Of a stretch of DNA of 64,000 nt, positions 63,484 through 64,000 are shown one piece after another. Where the stretch lies: contig OZ244561.1 in the NCBI GenBank assembly GCA_965217585.1, positions 288,001-352,000 of the forward strand, read 5' to 3'. The translations under genes and the position numbers were made by a program. The notes under the pieces are model-generated. The model saw nothing but the letters and a program-made list of their open reading frames with translations, did no database searches and was not told the DNA's origin. Position 1 is the first letter of the stretch, and every line of letters starts with the position of its first letter. Source of the stretch: Candidatus Latescibacterota bacterium. Lineage in GTDB: Bacteria; Latescibacterota; UBA2968; UBA8231.

Positions 63484-64000
63484 ATGATCGAAGGACACCA
63501 AGTACTAGCCGACGGCGGCGCGGTGGCCGCCCAACAGCCAGCGGCGGCGCGCATTGGCGCGCAGATATTGTCCCAAGGCGGCAACGCCATGGATGCGGCC
63601 GCAGCCACCAGTTTGGCCTGCTGCATGTTGGCACCCCAATCCAACGGCATCGGCGGCTACATGTCAGCGGCGGTCGTTTTGGAAGGTTCCACCGGCCGCG
63701 TCTGGTCGCTCGACGCCAATGCCGTAGCCCCGACCGCCGCCCACGAGTACATGTACGATATTCTACCAGCCCGCCGCGACAACAAGGACCTCAACGAAAA
63801 GGAATACGCCTGTAGCGTGCGCGACGATGCCAACGTGTATGGCCCCCAGTCCGTAGCCGTCCCCGGCCAAATGGCTGGCATGGGCTTTTTGCACGAGCAC
63901 TGGGGACAGTTGCCTTGGGCCGCGATTGTCGCTCCGGCCCAAGGGCTGCTCGCCGACGGCTTCCCCTACGGCCCGGCCCTAGCCAGTACCATTCGCAACC
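63484..64000 (+). CDS. Gamma-glutamyltransferase family protein (runs off the window)
   Basis: Translated by hand: MIEGHQVLADGGAVAA...GGNAMDAA...P.SNGIGG...VAVPG; RBS GAGGAG. Confidence 0.85.
   Translation, partial: MIEGHQVLADGGAVAAQQPAAARIGAQILSQGGNAMDAAAATSLACCMLAPQSNGIGGYMSAAVVLEGSTGRVWSLDANAVAPTAAHEYMYDILPARRDNKDLNEKEYACSVRDDANVYGPQSVAVPGQMAGMGFLHEHWGQLPWAAIVAPAQGLLADGFPYGPALASTIRN

Overview
GC-rich bacterial window. The gene content (four FlgD-Ig/CTD secreted proteins, a WD40 protein, CotH-LTD, FG-GAP proteins, a DUF6785-type membrane protein, many sugar-acid enzymes) suggests a Latescibacterota/Poribacteria-like organism, possibly a sponge symbiont; this is inference only. The backbone is carbohydrate and sugar-acid catabolism plus transport: three enolase-superfamily dehydratases, a sialidase, an RraA/HMG aldolase, ABC systems and a TonB receptor. 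37.2-49.2 kb is a decayed type I R-M defence island: an hsdS 3' relic, an intact orphan hsdR, two ATPase-TOPRIM (OLD-like) genes, HEPN/MNT and DUF433/DUF2442 modules, and IS630 and IS5 insertions with readable ends. The ORF track splits a selenoprotein (UxxC peroxiredoxin-like lipoprotein with a SECIS hairpin) at 49839-50381. The most striking unexplained pattern is that at six places accessory DNA lies between a full gene and a short 14-108 bp, often diverged, duplicate of that gene's start or end, with no integrase in the window. No rRNA, tRNA or CRISPR array was seen. All family calls come from motif recognition, not database searches.
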